From NCBI GenBank assembly GCA_963628215.1, contig CAVGEJ010000001.1, positions 12,571 to 76,570 on the forward strand: a stretch of DNA of 64,000 bases, in the 5' to 3' direction. This DNA comes from Eubacterium sp. CAG:180 (lineage in GTDB: Bacteria; Bacillota; Clostridia; Oscillospirales; CAG-272). Within the stretch, counting starts at the first letter, position 1, and the number at the start of each line of letters is the position of its first letter. The position numbers and the translations under genes were made by a program. Below the pieces are notes generated by a model. It was not told where the DNA came from. It worked only from the letters and a program-made list of their open reading frames with translations, and made no database searches. Shown here piece by piece: positions 1-7,613 of this stretch.

Positions 1-1191
1 GCTGTCGCCAACGTGCGGGTCGGCATCCAACCTCTCGATTGCCCAACCGCCCATCGTGGTGTATTCGCACTCAAAGTCGCGCGGTTCGTATTCGATCTCG
101 GAGAAAAAGTCGTCGATGTTCATGTCGCCCGAGACCTCGTAGGTGTTTTCGCCCGTTTTGACGAATTCGGGGACAATTTCGTCCGATTCGTCCCAGATGT
201 CGCCGACCAGTTCTTCCAGAATGTCTTCCATCGTCACGATGCCGAGCGTACCGCCGAATTCGTCGACGATGATGGCAATGTGCGTCTTTTTCTCCCGCAG
301 AATTGTCAGCGCGGCGGGGAGCTTCATGGTTTTGTGCAGAAAGCACGGCTCCATGAGAAGCGAGCGGATATCGTCGGTGGAAAGTACAGGCGTGTCGATT
401 GCCCGGCGGTAGTAGTGGTTGAGGTAGAGGATGCCGATGATATTATCGATGGAATCTTCGTAAACGGGAATCCGCGAGAAGTGAGAACCTTCAATGATCT
501 TGTGAATCTCATCCGGCGTATCCAGAATGTCAAACGCCAGCATATCGATTCGGGGCGTCATGATCTCTTCCACCGTCGTGTCGCGGAATTCGAGCGTGGA
601 CTGGAGCAGATCGCTCTGATCTTCGTCAATCACGCCTTCTTCCTCAACCGTGTCGATGATGGAGGAAAGTTCCTCTTCGGTCACGGTCGGTCCTTCGTCG
701 TTGTCCTTGCCCCAGATTTTGGAGAGCAGTTTCACCAGTCCCATGACCAACCAGACAATCGGGTAGAGAATGTAGGTCAGAATGCGGATGGGGTAGGCGA
801 ACCAGAGCACCGTGGTGTCAGCATTGTTCTTTGCAATGATCTTCGGGACAATCTCGCCGAAAATCAGGATGATAAAGGTCATGACCAGCGTTGCAATCAG
901 AGATGCAAGGCTGTCTGAACCTGCGCTGCCGACCCGCAACAGCAGGGTCATGGTAATAACCGTTGCCGCCGTGGAAGCCGCGATGTTGGCAAGGTTGTTT
1001 CCGATAAGAATTGCGGAGAGCGCAGAGGTAAAGTTTTCGCTGATCTTATAAGCCAGCGCGGCAGTCTTGCTTCCTGCCTCCGCCGATTTCTTCAGGCGCA
1101 TCTTGTTGGAGGCGTTGAAGGAAATCTCCGAAGCGGAGAAGAACGCGGAGAACAGGATCATGATGAAAATCACAAGAATATATCCTGCCAT
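1..1191 (-). CDS. DUF21/CBS-pair/CorC_HlyC membrane protein (CNNM/TlyC 'hemolysin family'); C-terminus lies beyond window start
   Basis: Not in the ORF track because there is no stop in the window. My reverse translation from ATG at 1191-1189 reads MAGYILVIFIMILFSAFFSASEISF...GNNLANIAAS...GEIVPK (DUF21 TM core). It continues with a CBS pair (EIMTPRIDM..., THIAIIVDEFGGTLGIVTMEDILEELVGDIWDE). 1191 nt = 397 codons, open to position 1. Confidence 0.85.
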   Translation of the reverse strand, partial: MAGYILVIFIMILFSAFFSASEISFNASNKMRLKKSAEAGSKTAALAYKISENFTSALSAILIGNNLANIAASTAATVITMTLLLRVGSAGSDSLASLIATLVMTFIILIFGEIVPKIIAKNNADTTVLWFAYPIRILTYILYPIVWLVMGLVKLLSKIWGKDNDEGPTVTEEELSSIIDTVEEEGVIDEDQSDLLQSTLEFRDTTVEEIMTPRIDMLAFDILDTPDEIHKIIEGSHFSRIPVYEDSIDNIIGILYLNHYYRRAIDTPVLSTDDIRSLLMEPCFLHKTMKLPAALTILREKKTHIAIIVDEFGGTLGIVTMEDILEELVGDIWDESDEIVPEFVKTGENTYEVSGDMNIDDFFSEIEYEPRDFECEYTTMGGWAIERLDADPHVGDS

Positions 1192-1193
1192 GG

Positions 1194-2603
1194 TCACGCC
1201 TCCTGTCCGTCGTCCGCCGAAGCGGTCTGTTCATCTTCGGGGATCACGCGGATAATCACGTGGTCAATCTTGCCGTTTTCCACGTCCTCAACGGTGAATT
1301 CGAGATTTCCAACCGTTACGCAGTCATCCTCTTCGGGCATCTTGTCGAATTTTTCAAGCAGAAGCGAGAGAATCGGGCGCGCGGGATTGATCTCGGGCGG
1401 GCAGGGAATGCCCATCTTTTCGCAGACCTCCCCGCAGATCAGGTGCGTACTGACCTGAAAACGGTTTCCGCCGAGTTTGACGAAGTCATTGTCCACCACA
1501 TCGTCCTCGTCCCAGATTTCTCCCACCAATTCTTCGAGGAAGTCCTCAATGGTGATGATTCCCACCGTGTGCATTTCCGCGTCCCGCACCACGCCGAGAT
1601 AGAACTTGTGCTGACGCATCTCGGTCAAAAGATCGTCGATCAGCGCGTCGGGCTTGACAAAATAGGGCGGAATCAGCAGTCCGCGCAGGCGGACGTTGGG
1701 ATTTCTCAGATAAGCGCGGATGAAAGCGCGGATCTGAAGCGTTCCGATAATGTGGTCAAGATCGCCGTCGTAAACCGGCAGGCGGCTGTGCGTGGTGTTT
1801 TTGATTTGTTCAATGATCTGAGCATTGGGAAGGGACGCGTCAATCGCAACGATATCCTGCCGCATGGTCATGACATCGCGGGCGCGGGTGTCGGAGAAAT
1901 CGAGCGCCGATTTGAACAGGTCGCCCTGTTCTTCGTTCATCACGCCTTCCTTTTCGATGGTGTCGATGATGTCGTAAAGCTCATCCTCTGTGATGGAGGG
2001 TGCTTTTTCGTGCTTCATAAAGCGTTCGGTCAATTTGGTAAAACCGCGCGAAATCAGAGTGAAGAAGGAGACCAGAGGGGTCAGAATCTTCATCAGGAAG
2101 CGCACCGGCGCAGCGAAGAGCATGGAGAGCGAATCGCAACGGTCGTTGGCAAGGCTCTTCGGAATCATCTCGCTGAACAGAAACACGATCATTGTGGAAA
2201 TGATCGTACACCAGAGCGCAACCTCGTCTGTATTGTCGGAATCACCGAACAGGCGGGTGGCAATTACGGTCGCAACGGAAGCGGCGGCAATGTGGGTGAT
2301 ATTGTTTCCGATGAGAAGCGTTGTGAGCGCCCGGTCGAAATTGTTTGAGATGTACAGCACACCTTTGGCGCGTTTGTTTCCGTCATCCGCTTTTGCCTTG
2401 ATACGGATCTTGTTCGTCGCGGAGAACGCGCTCTCGGCACCGCCGAAGAACCCGCCGCCTATGACGAACAGAATGAACAACAGAGTCAGCCCCGCAATTC
2501 CTTTCTCCGCTACGGTTGCATCCGCGGCGGCAAAAAGCGCCTTTTGTGGGACATTCCATAACCAACTCCATATGTTCCCGTCTGTATCCATTTGAAAAAC
2601 CAA
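1194..2603 (-). CDS. DUF21/CBS-pair/CorC_HlyC membrane protein (CNNM/TlyC family), paralog of the downstream gene
   Basis: 469-aa ORF with the same architecture: GGAESAFSATN...GNNITHIAAAS...SEMIPK, CBS pair (VMTMRQDIVAID; FYLGVVRDAEMHTVGIITIEDFLEELVGEIWDEDD) and a CorC_HlyC-like tail. AAAAGGAG RBS. The stop lies 2 nt from the next start. Confidence 0.9.
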   Translation of the reverse strand: MVFQMDTDGNIWSWLWNVPQKALFAAADATVAEKGIAGLTLLFILFVIGGGFFGGAESAFSATNKIRIKAKADDGNKRAKGVLYISNNFDRALTTLLIGNNITHIAAASVATVIATRLFGDSDNTDEVALWCTIISTMIVFLFSEMIPKSLANDRCDSLSMLFAAPVRFLMKILTPLVSFFTLISRGFTKLTERFMKHEKAPSITEDELYDIIDTIEKEGVMNEEQGDLFKSALDFSDTRARDVMTMRQDIVAIDASLPNAQIIEQIKNTTHSRLPVYDGDLDHIIGTLQIRAFIRAYLRNPNVRLRGLLIPPYFVKPDALIDDLLTEMRQHKFYLGVVRDAEMHTVGIITIEDFLEELVGEIWDEDDVVDNDFVKLGGNRFQVSTHLICGEVCEKMGIPCPPEINPARPILSLLLEKFDKMPEEDDCVTVGNLEFTVEDVENGKIDHVIIRVIPEDEQTASADDGQEA

Positions 2604-2629
2604 CTCCTTTTCGGTAAAGAATATTTATC

Positions 2630-2658
2630 ATTATACCATATAAACAGAGGAAAGTCAA
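2630..2658 (-). promoter_or_regulatory. sigma-A type promoter for the DUF21-CBS tandem
   Basis: Minus strand reads TTGACT (fwd 2653-2658), 17 nt, TGG-TATAAT (fwd 2630-2638), about 25 nt upstream of the RBS and ATG at 2603. Confidence 0.6.
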
Positions 2659-2706
2659 GAGGTTTTTGCGCCGATTTGATGAAATTCCGGCACAAAATGC
2701 AAAAAA

Positions 2707-3750
2707 TCAGTCAAGGCGACGCAACTTGGGGGCAAGCGCGCGCAGATAGTCATCTCCAAGCATCGTCTCAATCTCGCCGAACGTTCGAATCTCCGCGCCA
2801 TCGGTTTCGTCAAAAATGCGGTCTGCAACCATGTGGCGGAGCGAGGAAAGCAGAGTCGGCTCAATCCAGTAGCGGAACGCGGTTTCGGGAAAGTTCGCTT
2901 CCAACCGCTTCATGCGCAGATAGAGCGGCAAACCGTCGAATTGGTCGTGCCAGATGTCAACGAACGCGAGATCAAACGCGTCGGGTTTCATGTCATGCTC
3001 GGTGAACCCGAACGCGTCGGCATTCAGAACGGTGATCTTGTCGCGGTTCGGAAATTGCGGCAGAATGCAATCGCGGAACAGACCGATCAGGTCGGAATCC
3101 CGCTCAATCACCGTTACCGATTCCACCTCCGGCTTCTGCGATGCGTGAAACGCAAAATAGCCGAGCCCCAATCCGTAGGTCAGAACCCGCCCGCGCGCCT
3201 CGGCGATGACCGCCCGCATGGTTTCCGCTTCGTTCGGGGTAACGGTCATCCATTCCACGCCGTTTTCGGTGACGGACGGGAAGGAAAAGCGCTCTTCAAA
3301 AAAGCCGATCTGCGGAATCTCGCGGAAATCGGAGGTCAGAACCGGATGTCCGCAGACGAACGGCTCGAACGCATGGTATTCCCCGTGCGTAAACCGCCAT
3401 TTTCCGACCGACAGATCTCCGAAGCGAACCGTTTTCACATATGCGTCGTTGCGGTAGGGCGCAGGGGAAAGACTGCGGATACCCGGCTGAATGTATACCC
3501 GCTCCAGACGGCGATCGTCCGGGTTGTCGGGAATTTCCAACCCGATGGAGGCACAAAAGAGCGCGCGGAACGCGTCGGCGGCGGGAATCCCGCAGTCGGC
3601 GGCAAGGTCGCGAACCGTCCGCACGTCAAGCAGGCGCGGGGTCAGATTGAGATAATCCGCATACAGGCGGAGGATGCGGTCGTTTTCCTCTGTGATTTTT
3701 TTCAGTCGCGCAACGCGGAGCGCGTCGGCGGGGGAGAGATTCAGCTTCAT
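2707..3750 (-). CDS. putative class I SAM-dependent methyltransferase / spermidine-synthase-like protein (function unassigned)
   Basis: The track ORF 2707..4047 runs through the upstream XRE gene. I start at internal MKLNLSPADAL (ATG 3750-3748), preceded by AAAGGAAC. Rossmann-like VLTYGLGLGYFAFHA...VTVIERD...VLNADAF resembles SAM-MTase motifs I-III. Product assignment is weak. Confidence 0.55.
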   Translation of the reverse strand: MKLNLSPADALRVARLKKITEENDRILRLYADYLNLTPRLLDVRTVRDLAADCGIPAADAFRALFCASIGLEIPDNPDDRRLERVYIQPGIRSLSPAPYRNDAYVKTVRFGDLSVGKWRFTHGEYHAFEPFVCGHPVLTSDFREIPQIGFFEERFSFPSVTENGVEWMTVTPNEAETMRAVIAEARGRVLTYGLGLGYFAFHASQKPEVESVTVIERDSDLIGLFRDCILPQFPNRDKITVLNADAFGFTEHDMKPDAFDLAFVDIWHDQFDGLPLYLRMKRLEANFPETAFRYWIEPTLLSSLRHMVADRIFDETDGAEIRTFGEIETMLGDDYLRALAPKLRRLD

Positions 3751-3877
3751 GTCTGTTCCTTTCGGATTTTGATTCATTATCTCATTATCTATTATAGCAT
3801 TCTTTTCGGAAAAATGCAATGGATTTCGGAAATTGAAGCAAAAGAAAACGGTCGGGAGGTTTCGCTCCGCGACCGTT

Positions 3878-4087
3878 TTATATCGGTTTGTCGGTAAGAC
3901 CGAGGATGTAATCCGCGCTGACGTTGTAGTATCGGCAGAGTGCCAGAAGATGTCGGATCGGCAGTTCGTTCTCTCCGCGCTCGTAACGGGAATACATGGT
4001 TTGAGAGGTGCCGAGATAGGACGCAACTTCCTGTTGTGTTCTGTCATGATCTTCCCGCAGGTTGCGGATTCGTGTCACATAGTCCAT
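3878..4087 (-). CDS. XRE-family helix-turn-helix transcriptional regulator (69 aa)
   Basis: MDYVTRIRNLREDHDRTQQEVASYLGTSQTMYSRYERGENELPIRHLLALCRYYNVSADYILGL is a classic HTH_3 pattern. GGAGGAGG RBS precedes the ATG at 4087. The track start at 4117 lacks an RBS. Confidence 0.85.
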   Translation of the reverse strand: MDYVTRIRNLREDHDRTQQEVASYLGTSQTMYSRYERGENELPIRHLLALCRYYNVSADYILGLTDKPI

Positions 4088-4115
4088 TTTGCATTCCTCC
4101 TCCCCGGACGGTATC

Positions 4116-4124
4116 ATTATACCA
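4116..4124 (-). promoter_or_regulatory. extended -10 element (TGGTATAAT) for the small XRE gene
   Basis: Fwd attatacca = minus TGGTATAAT, about 29 nt upstream of ATG 4087. No good -35 is seen. Confidence 0.4.
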
Positions 4125-4141
4125 AAAAATTTTCCTTGCTA

Positions 4142-4170
4142 TTGACTTTAGTAATTATTTGTGTTATAAT
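4142..4170 (+). promoter_or_regulatory. sigma-A type promoter for the XRE-TM / lipoprotein operon
   Basis: TTGACT (4142-4147), 17 nt, TATAAT (4165-4170) with TG at -15/-14. It is back to back with the divergent XRE promoter. Confidence 0.6.
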
Positions 4171-4203
4171 AAGGAGAAAACACCTGTATGTGGGCTGATT
4201 CCA

Positions 4204-4231
4204 CAAGCTGTTTAGCGGTTTCAACAGCTTG
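4204..4231. promoter_or_regulatory. perfect 9-bp inverted repeat (CAAGCTGTT-N10-AACAGCTTG): candidate XRE operator or 5'-UTR hairpin
   Basis: Read directly: caagctgtt 4204-4212 and aacagcttg 4223-4231. It lies between the + promoter and the ATG at 4303. Confidence 0.4.
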
Positions 4232-4302
4232 TTGCTTTACAAATCAGGCGGTTTGGAGTATGATAGAAACGAATCAAAAACACAAGGGGGAATGGATCGG
4301 AC

Positions 4303-5136
4303 ATGATCGGACAGAACATCAGAAGGCTGCGAACCGAAAAGCAAATGACCCAGAAAGCGTTGGCTGACAAACTGTTTGTCACAGCGCAGGCGGTATCGCG
4401 TTGGGAGAACGGAGAGGTTGAACCGTCGCTTTCCACCGTGACCGAAATCGCGCGGATATTCAATGTATCGGCAGACGAAATTCTCGGCATCGACACCACG
4501 CCGCAAGCGGAAAAAGCGAAACCGGAAACCGTTGTTCGTACCGAATATGTTTATAAAGAGCCACCGCCGCCCGTCCTCGGGGTTTGCGAGGTCTGTAACA
4601 AGCCGATCTACGAGGCGGGCGAGCTGATCCGCGAGGATTACCCAAAACAAATTATTTGTAAGGATTGCCGCGAAACACGCGAAAAGCGTAAGCTTGACAC
4701 CATGCGCGAAAACGGAATCCGACATCGGACGCATTCCTTTGTTTGGGGATCGCTTGCCGCGATCGCAACGCTTGTTATCGGAATTGTGACCGCTTCCAAA
4801 ACGGAAATGTGGGGACTGATCGGCGCATTTGCGATCGGCGCGGTTGCGATATTTGCATTGGTATCCTGCTGTATTCTGCAAAACAATTTTATCGGGGAGA
4901 TGGTCTCCACGATCTTTTCATGGGGCTTTGTCAAGTTCCCGGGCGTGATCTTTGAACTGGATTTGGATGGGATCATCTGGCTTCTGACTGTCAAATTGTT
5001 TTTCTGGATTCTCGGAATCCTGTTGGCTTGCGCAACCGGTGCGCTTGCAATCGCACTGGGCGGCGTGATGTCGCTGTTTGTTTACCCGTATGCGATCCGC
5101 AAAAATCTTGCTCATCCGGAACAATATGAAATCTGA
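4303..5136 (+). CDS. membrane-tethered XRE-family regulator (HTH + CxxC...CxxC zinc ribbon + about 4 TM helices)
   Basis: N-terminus MIGQNIRRLRTEKQMTQKALADKLFVTAQAVSRWENGEVEPSLSTVTEIARIFNVSADEILG (HTH_3). This is followed by CEVCNKPIY...ICKDC and a hydrophobic C-terminal half (WGSLAAIATLVIGIV, LIGAFAIGAVAIFALV, IIWLLTVKLFFWILGILLA, ALAIALGGVMSLFVY). Confidence 0.85.
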   Translation: MIGQNIRRLRTEKQMTQKALADKLFVTAQAVSRWENGEVEPSLSTVTEIARIFNVSADEILGIDTTPQAEKAKPETVVRTEYVYKEPPPPVLGVCEVCNKPIYEAGELIREDYPKQIICKDCRETREKRKLDTMRENGIRHRTHSFVWGSLAAIATLVIGIVTASKTEMWGLIGAFAIGAVAIFALVSCCILQNNFIGEMVSTIFSWGFVKFPGVIFELDLDGIIWLLTVKLFFWILGILLACATGALAIALGGVMSLFVYPYAIRKNLAHPEQYEI

Positions 5137-5158
5137 AATTCGGAAAGGAAATACATCG

Positions 5159-6841
5159 ATGAAACGAATTCTCTTAACCGCAATGGCTGTTCTTTTGCTT
5201 GTTTGTCTCCTTGCTTCCTGTGGGAAAAAGCCCGAAACGCCGCCTGAACCGACAAACACTTCCAACGAAGCGCAGACAGACATCCCGACTGCACCGGCAA
5301 CAAAACCCGCAACCGAAGCACCGACCGAAACTCCAACCGAAGCGCCGACAACAGAGACTCCGGAGAAGCCGGACGAACCGAAGAGATTTGAAGTGATTTT
5401 CCACTCGAACGGCGGAAGCGATGTCGCAACCATCCGCGCGGAGGCGGGGACTTTGATTGAGGAACCGGAGAAGCCGACGCAGGAAGGGAAGAAATTTGTG
5501 TGTTGGTGCACGGACGCGGAATTAACGGTTTCCGCAACGTTTCCGCTGACCCTGACAAAGAACACGGAACTTTGGGCAAAGTGGAACATGGTTGTGCCGA
5601 TCAAGGACTACCTGAAGGAGTTGACGGAAGGGTACAAGCTGAATCCCTACAGCTACATTCCGGAGAAAATGCAACCGTCCGGCGCGCTCGTGGCGCAGAA
5701 ACCGAACGAGGATTACAGCAATTTCGTGTCGGTGTCCGCAATTCCGAACGGCTTTGGAGAACAATGGCACATGATAACCGATAACCTGAACGAATCCATG
5801 CGCTTTTTCAATGTTCTGCAATCGGTTGAAGGTGTGACGGCAACTTCGGTTGCGATTTTCAACAACTGGTTTGACCAAAACCCGAGCGACACCGCACATC
5901 ACAGCTTCCTGAATGGGGACTATCAGGTAACGGTGGACTATGACGGGGCTTTTATGCGGTTTGTTCTGGATTATGCAGTTGCCGGACAAAGTATTCAGAT
6001 CGCAATGGCAATGAATATGCAGTCGCGGGAAAAGACCGTGCGGATTCAGCTTGGTGACGCAAATGCGCTGACCTATACCGTCGGCACAAATTCTTACGCC
6101 TTTGCAATCAAGTATCTCGGTGTGAGAACGGCATATTTTAAGGTTGAAAAGAATGCGGACGGGGTTGTGACCGGACAGATCAACGAGCATCTGACGGTAT
6201 CCGGAAAGGGGACTCACAGCTCGGCGGATTTCATCATCACTGCCGATTATGTGTCGGCGGTCGGAAACAAGGCAAGCGGAATTCCCGGATTCACGGGCTA
6301 TATCAATGAGCTGTACGATACCGCAACGGGCAGCCTGCTCGGTTATGAGGTGCGGGAAACGCTCAAATCCATTACCTATAACACGCTGTGGTTCAGCCTT
6401 TCCGATGTTGAGGGGGTCAATTCCATTAAATACCGCGAAAAGACCGATGATGAATCTGCCGCGTTCTTCCTGAACGGAAGTGCAAAAGAATGGGAAAACA
6501 AGTTGGTCGGGGGGGTGAATCTGAAAACAGCATCGCGCCGTTTTGACATAGAAATGCGAACGCAGTATTTTTACGTACTCGCAGACGACGGAAGCGGTTA
6601 TGAGGAAGTTGCGGTAAAAGTCCCGATGCTGTTCGTACAGGAGGAGCAATTGGAAACGCTGACAACGGACGTTGCAGAAAAGAATTCCGGTCTGACTCTG
6701 CGCGTTGACACGAATGCACCGAGTCTGAAAAAGATTCGGGAGGACTATGCCACCCTGATTGACGCGTTTATCGAACACAAAAACGCGATGACAGAGGAAG
6801 AAATCCGAAAAATGATCGGCGAAAAGGTTACATTTGACTAA
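5159..6841 (+). CDS. lipoprotein with a Listeria-Bacteroides repeat (Flg_new) domain and a large uncharacterised C-terminal region
   Basis: Start moved to MKRILLTAMAVLLLVCLLASCGKK (lipobox LASC), with AAAGGAAA RBS. A Pro/Thr/Glu-rich linker follows. Then FEVIFHSNGGSDV...GKKFVCWCTD...TELWAKW, which matches the Flg_new repeat pattern. I do not recognise the remaining ~430 aa. Confidence 0.8.
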   Translation: MKRILLTAMAVLLLVCLLASCGKKPETPPEPTNTSNEAQTDIPTAPATKPATEAPTETPTEAPTTETPEKPDEPKRFEVIFHSNGGSDVATIRAEAGTLIEEPEKPTQEGKKFVCWCTDAELTVSATFPLTLTKNTELWAKWNMVVPIKDYLKELTEGYKLNPYSYIPEKMQPSGALVAQKPNEDYSNFVSVSAIPNGFGEQWHMITDNLNESMRFFNVLQSVEGVTATSVAIFNNWFDQNPSDTAHHSFLNGDYQVTVDYDGAFMRFVLDYAVAGQSIQIAMAMNMQSREKTVRIQLGDANALTYTVGTNSYAFAIKYLGVRTAYFKVEKNADGVVTGQINEHLTVSGKGTHSSADFIITADYVSAVGNKASGIPGFTGYINELYDTATGSLLGYEVRETLKSITYNTLWFSLSDVEGVNSIKYREKTDDESAAFFLNGSAKEWENKLVGGVNLKTASRRFDIEMRTQYFYVLADDGSGYEEVAVKVPMLFVQEEQLETLTTDVAEKNSGLTLRVDTNAPSLKKIREDYATLIDAFIEHKNAMTEEEIRKMIGEKVTFD

Positions 6842-6846
6842 AACAG

Positions 6847-6878
6847 AAAAGAGCGCGGAAAATCCGCGCTCTTTTCAA
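6847..6878 (+). terminator. rho-independent terminator after the lipoprotein gene
   Basis: AAAAGAGCGCGGA-aaa-TCCGCGCTCTTTT: a perfect GC-rich stem followed by a T-run. Confidence 0.8.
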
Positions 6879-6886
6879 AATTCCTC

Positions 6887-6915
6887 TTGCGCCGCGCGCC
6901 GAAACATGGTATAAT
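6887..6915 (+). promoter_or_regulatory. promoter of the deo operon
   Basis: TTGCGC (6887-6892), 17 nt, TGG-TATAAT (6910-6915). Confidence 0.5.
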
Positions 6916-6944
6916 AGAAGCAGAAACGCAACAGGAAAGGAACG

Positions 6945-7613
6945 GTGAAAACCGAAATGGAGTTTGCAAGCATTCTGTCCCATGTGGATCACACGAATCT
7001 GAAACAGACCGCGACGTGTGAGGACATCCGCGCGCTTTGCGACGACGGGCTGACCTATCACACCGCATCGGTCTGCATTCCGCCTGCCCATGTCCGCGCG
7101 GCGGCGGATTACCTCGGCGGCAGACTGCCCGTCTGCACGGTCATCGGCTTCCCGAACGGCTACAACACGACCGCCGCGAAGGTCTTTGAGACCGCCGACG
7201 CGGTGCAGAACGGCGCGGATGAAATCGATATGGTCATCAACCTCGGGCTTCTCCGCGAACGCAAATACGAGGCGGTTCTGCGCGAAATCCGGGCTGTTCG
7301 CGCGGCTTGTGAGGGGAAAATTCTGAAGGTCATCATTGAAACCTGTCTTTTGACCGAGCAGGAGAAAATCCGGATGTGCGGCATTGTCGGCGACAGCGGC
7401 GCGGACTACATCAAGACCTCCACGGGCTTTTCCACGGCGGGCGCAACGCAGGAGGACATCGCGCTCTTTGCAAAGCATTGCCCCTCTCACCTCAAAATCA
7501 AAGCGGCGGGCGGCATCCGCTCCTTTGCCGACGCGGAGAAATTCCTCTCCCTCGGCGCGGATCGTCTGGGAACCAGTGCGTTGGTTCGGCTTGCAAAGGA
7601 GGCGCAGGCATGA
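6945..7613 (+). CDS. deoC: deoxyribose-phosphate aldolase
   Basis: HVDHTNLKQTAT...ASVCIPP...VIGFPNGYNTT...DEIDMVIN...LKVIIETCLL...ADYIKTSTGF...IKAAGGIR: DeoC class I aldolase pattern including the Schiff-base Lys context. GTG start (ATG at 6957 is an alternative). Confidence 0.93.
   Translation: MKTEMEFASILSHVDHTNLKQTATCEDIRALCDDGLTYHTASVCIPPAHVRAAADYLGGRLPVCTVIGFPNGYNTTAAKVFETADAVQNGADEIDMVINLGLLRERKYEAVLREIRAVRAACEGKILKVIIETCLLTEQEKIRMCGIVGDSGADYIKTSTGFSTAGATQEDIALFAKHCPSHLKIKAAGGIRSFADAEKFLSLGADRLGTSALVRLAKEAQA

Noticed and set aside
13-918. 301-aa + strand ORF at the window start
   Set aside because: It is antisense to and in codon register with the DUF21-CBS gene I translated on the minus strand. 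The sequence is Arg/Val/Gly/Asp-rich and low-complexity with no motif or RBS.
2661-2706. Imperfect hairpin TTTGCGCCGATTT-GATG-AAATTCCGGCACAAA downstream of the methyltransferase-like gene as its terminator
   Set aside because: On the minus strand the hairpin is followed by an A-run, not a U-run, and the stem has a bulge and a mismatch. This is insufficient for a terminator call.
4188-4367. 59-codon ORF (MWADSTSCLAVSTACC...) preceded by AAGGAG in the XRE intergenic region
   Set aside because: The AAGGAG (4171-4176) lies immediately after the -10 box, upstream of the expected TSS (~4177), so it would not be in the mRNA. The ORF overlaps the XRE-TM start out of frame and has no recognisable features.
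7376-7609. N-terminal extensions of track ORFs (deoB from 7376, nnrD from 8937, aroC from 17685, hydS from 35854, ecfA1 from 46893, ecfA2 from 47809, nrdD from 23995, MBL to 14526, yfhO to 45300, MTase-like to 4047, and others)
   Set aside because: The extensions lie inside the preceding gene or across promoters and translate to Arg-rich nonsense. Internal starts have RBSs, ATGA/TGATG coupling and family-typical N-termini.
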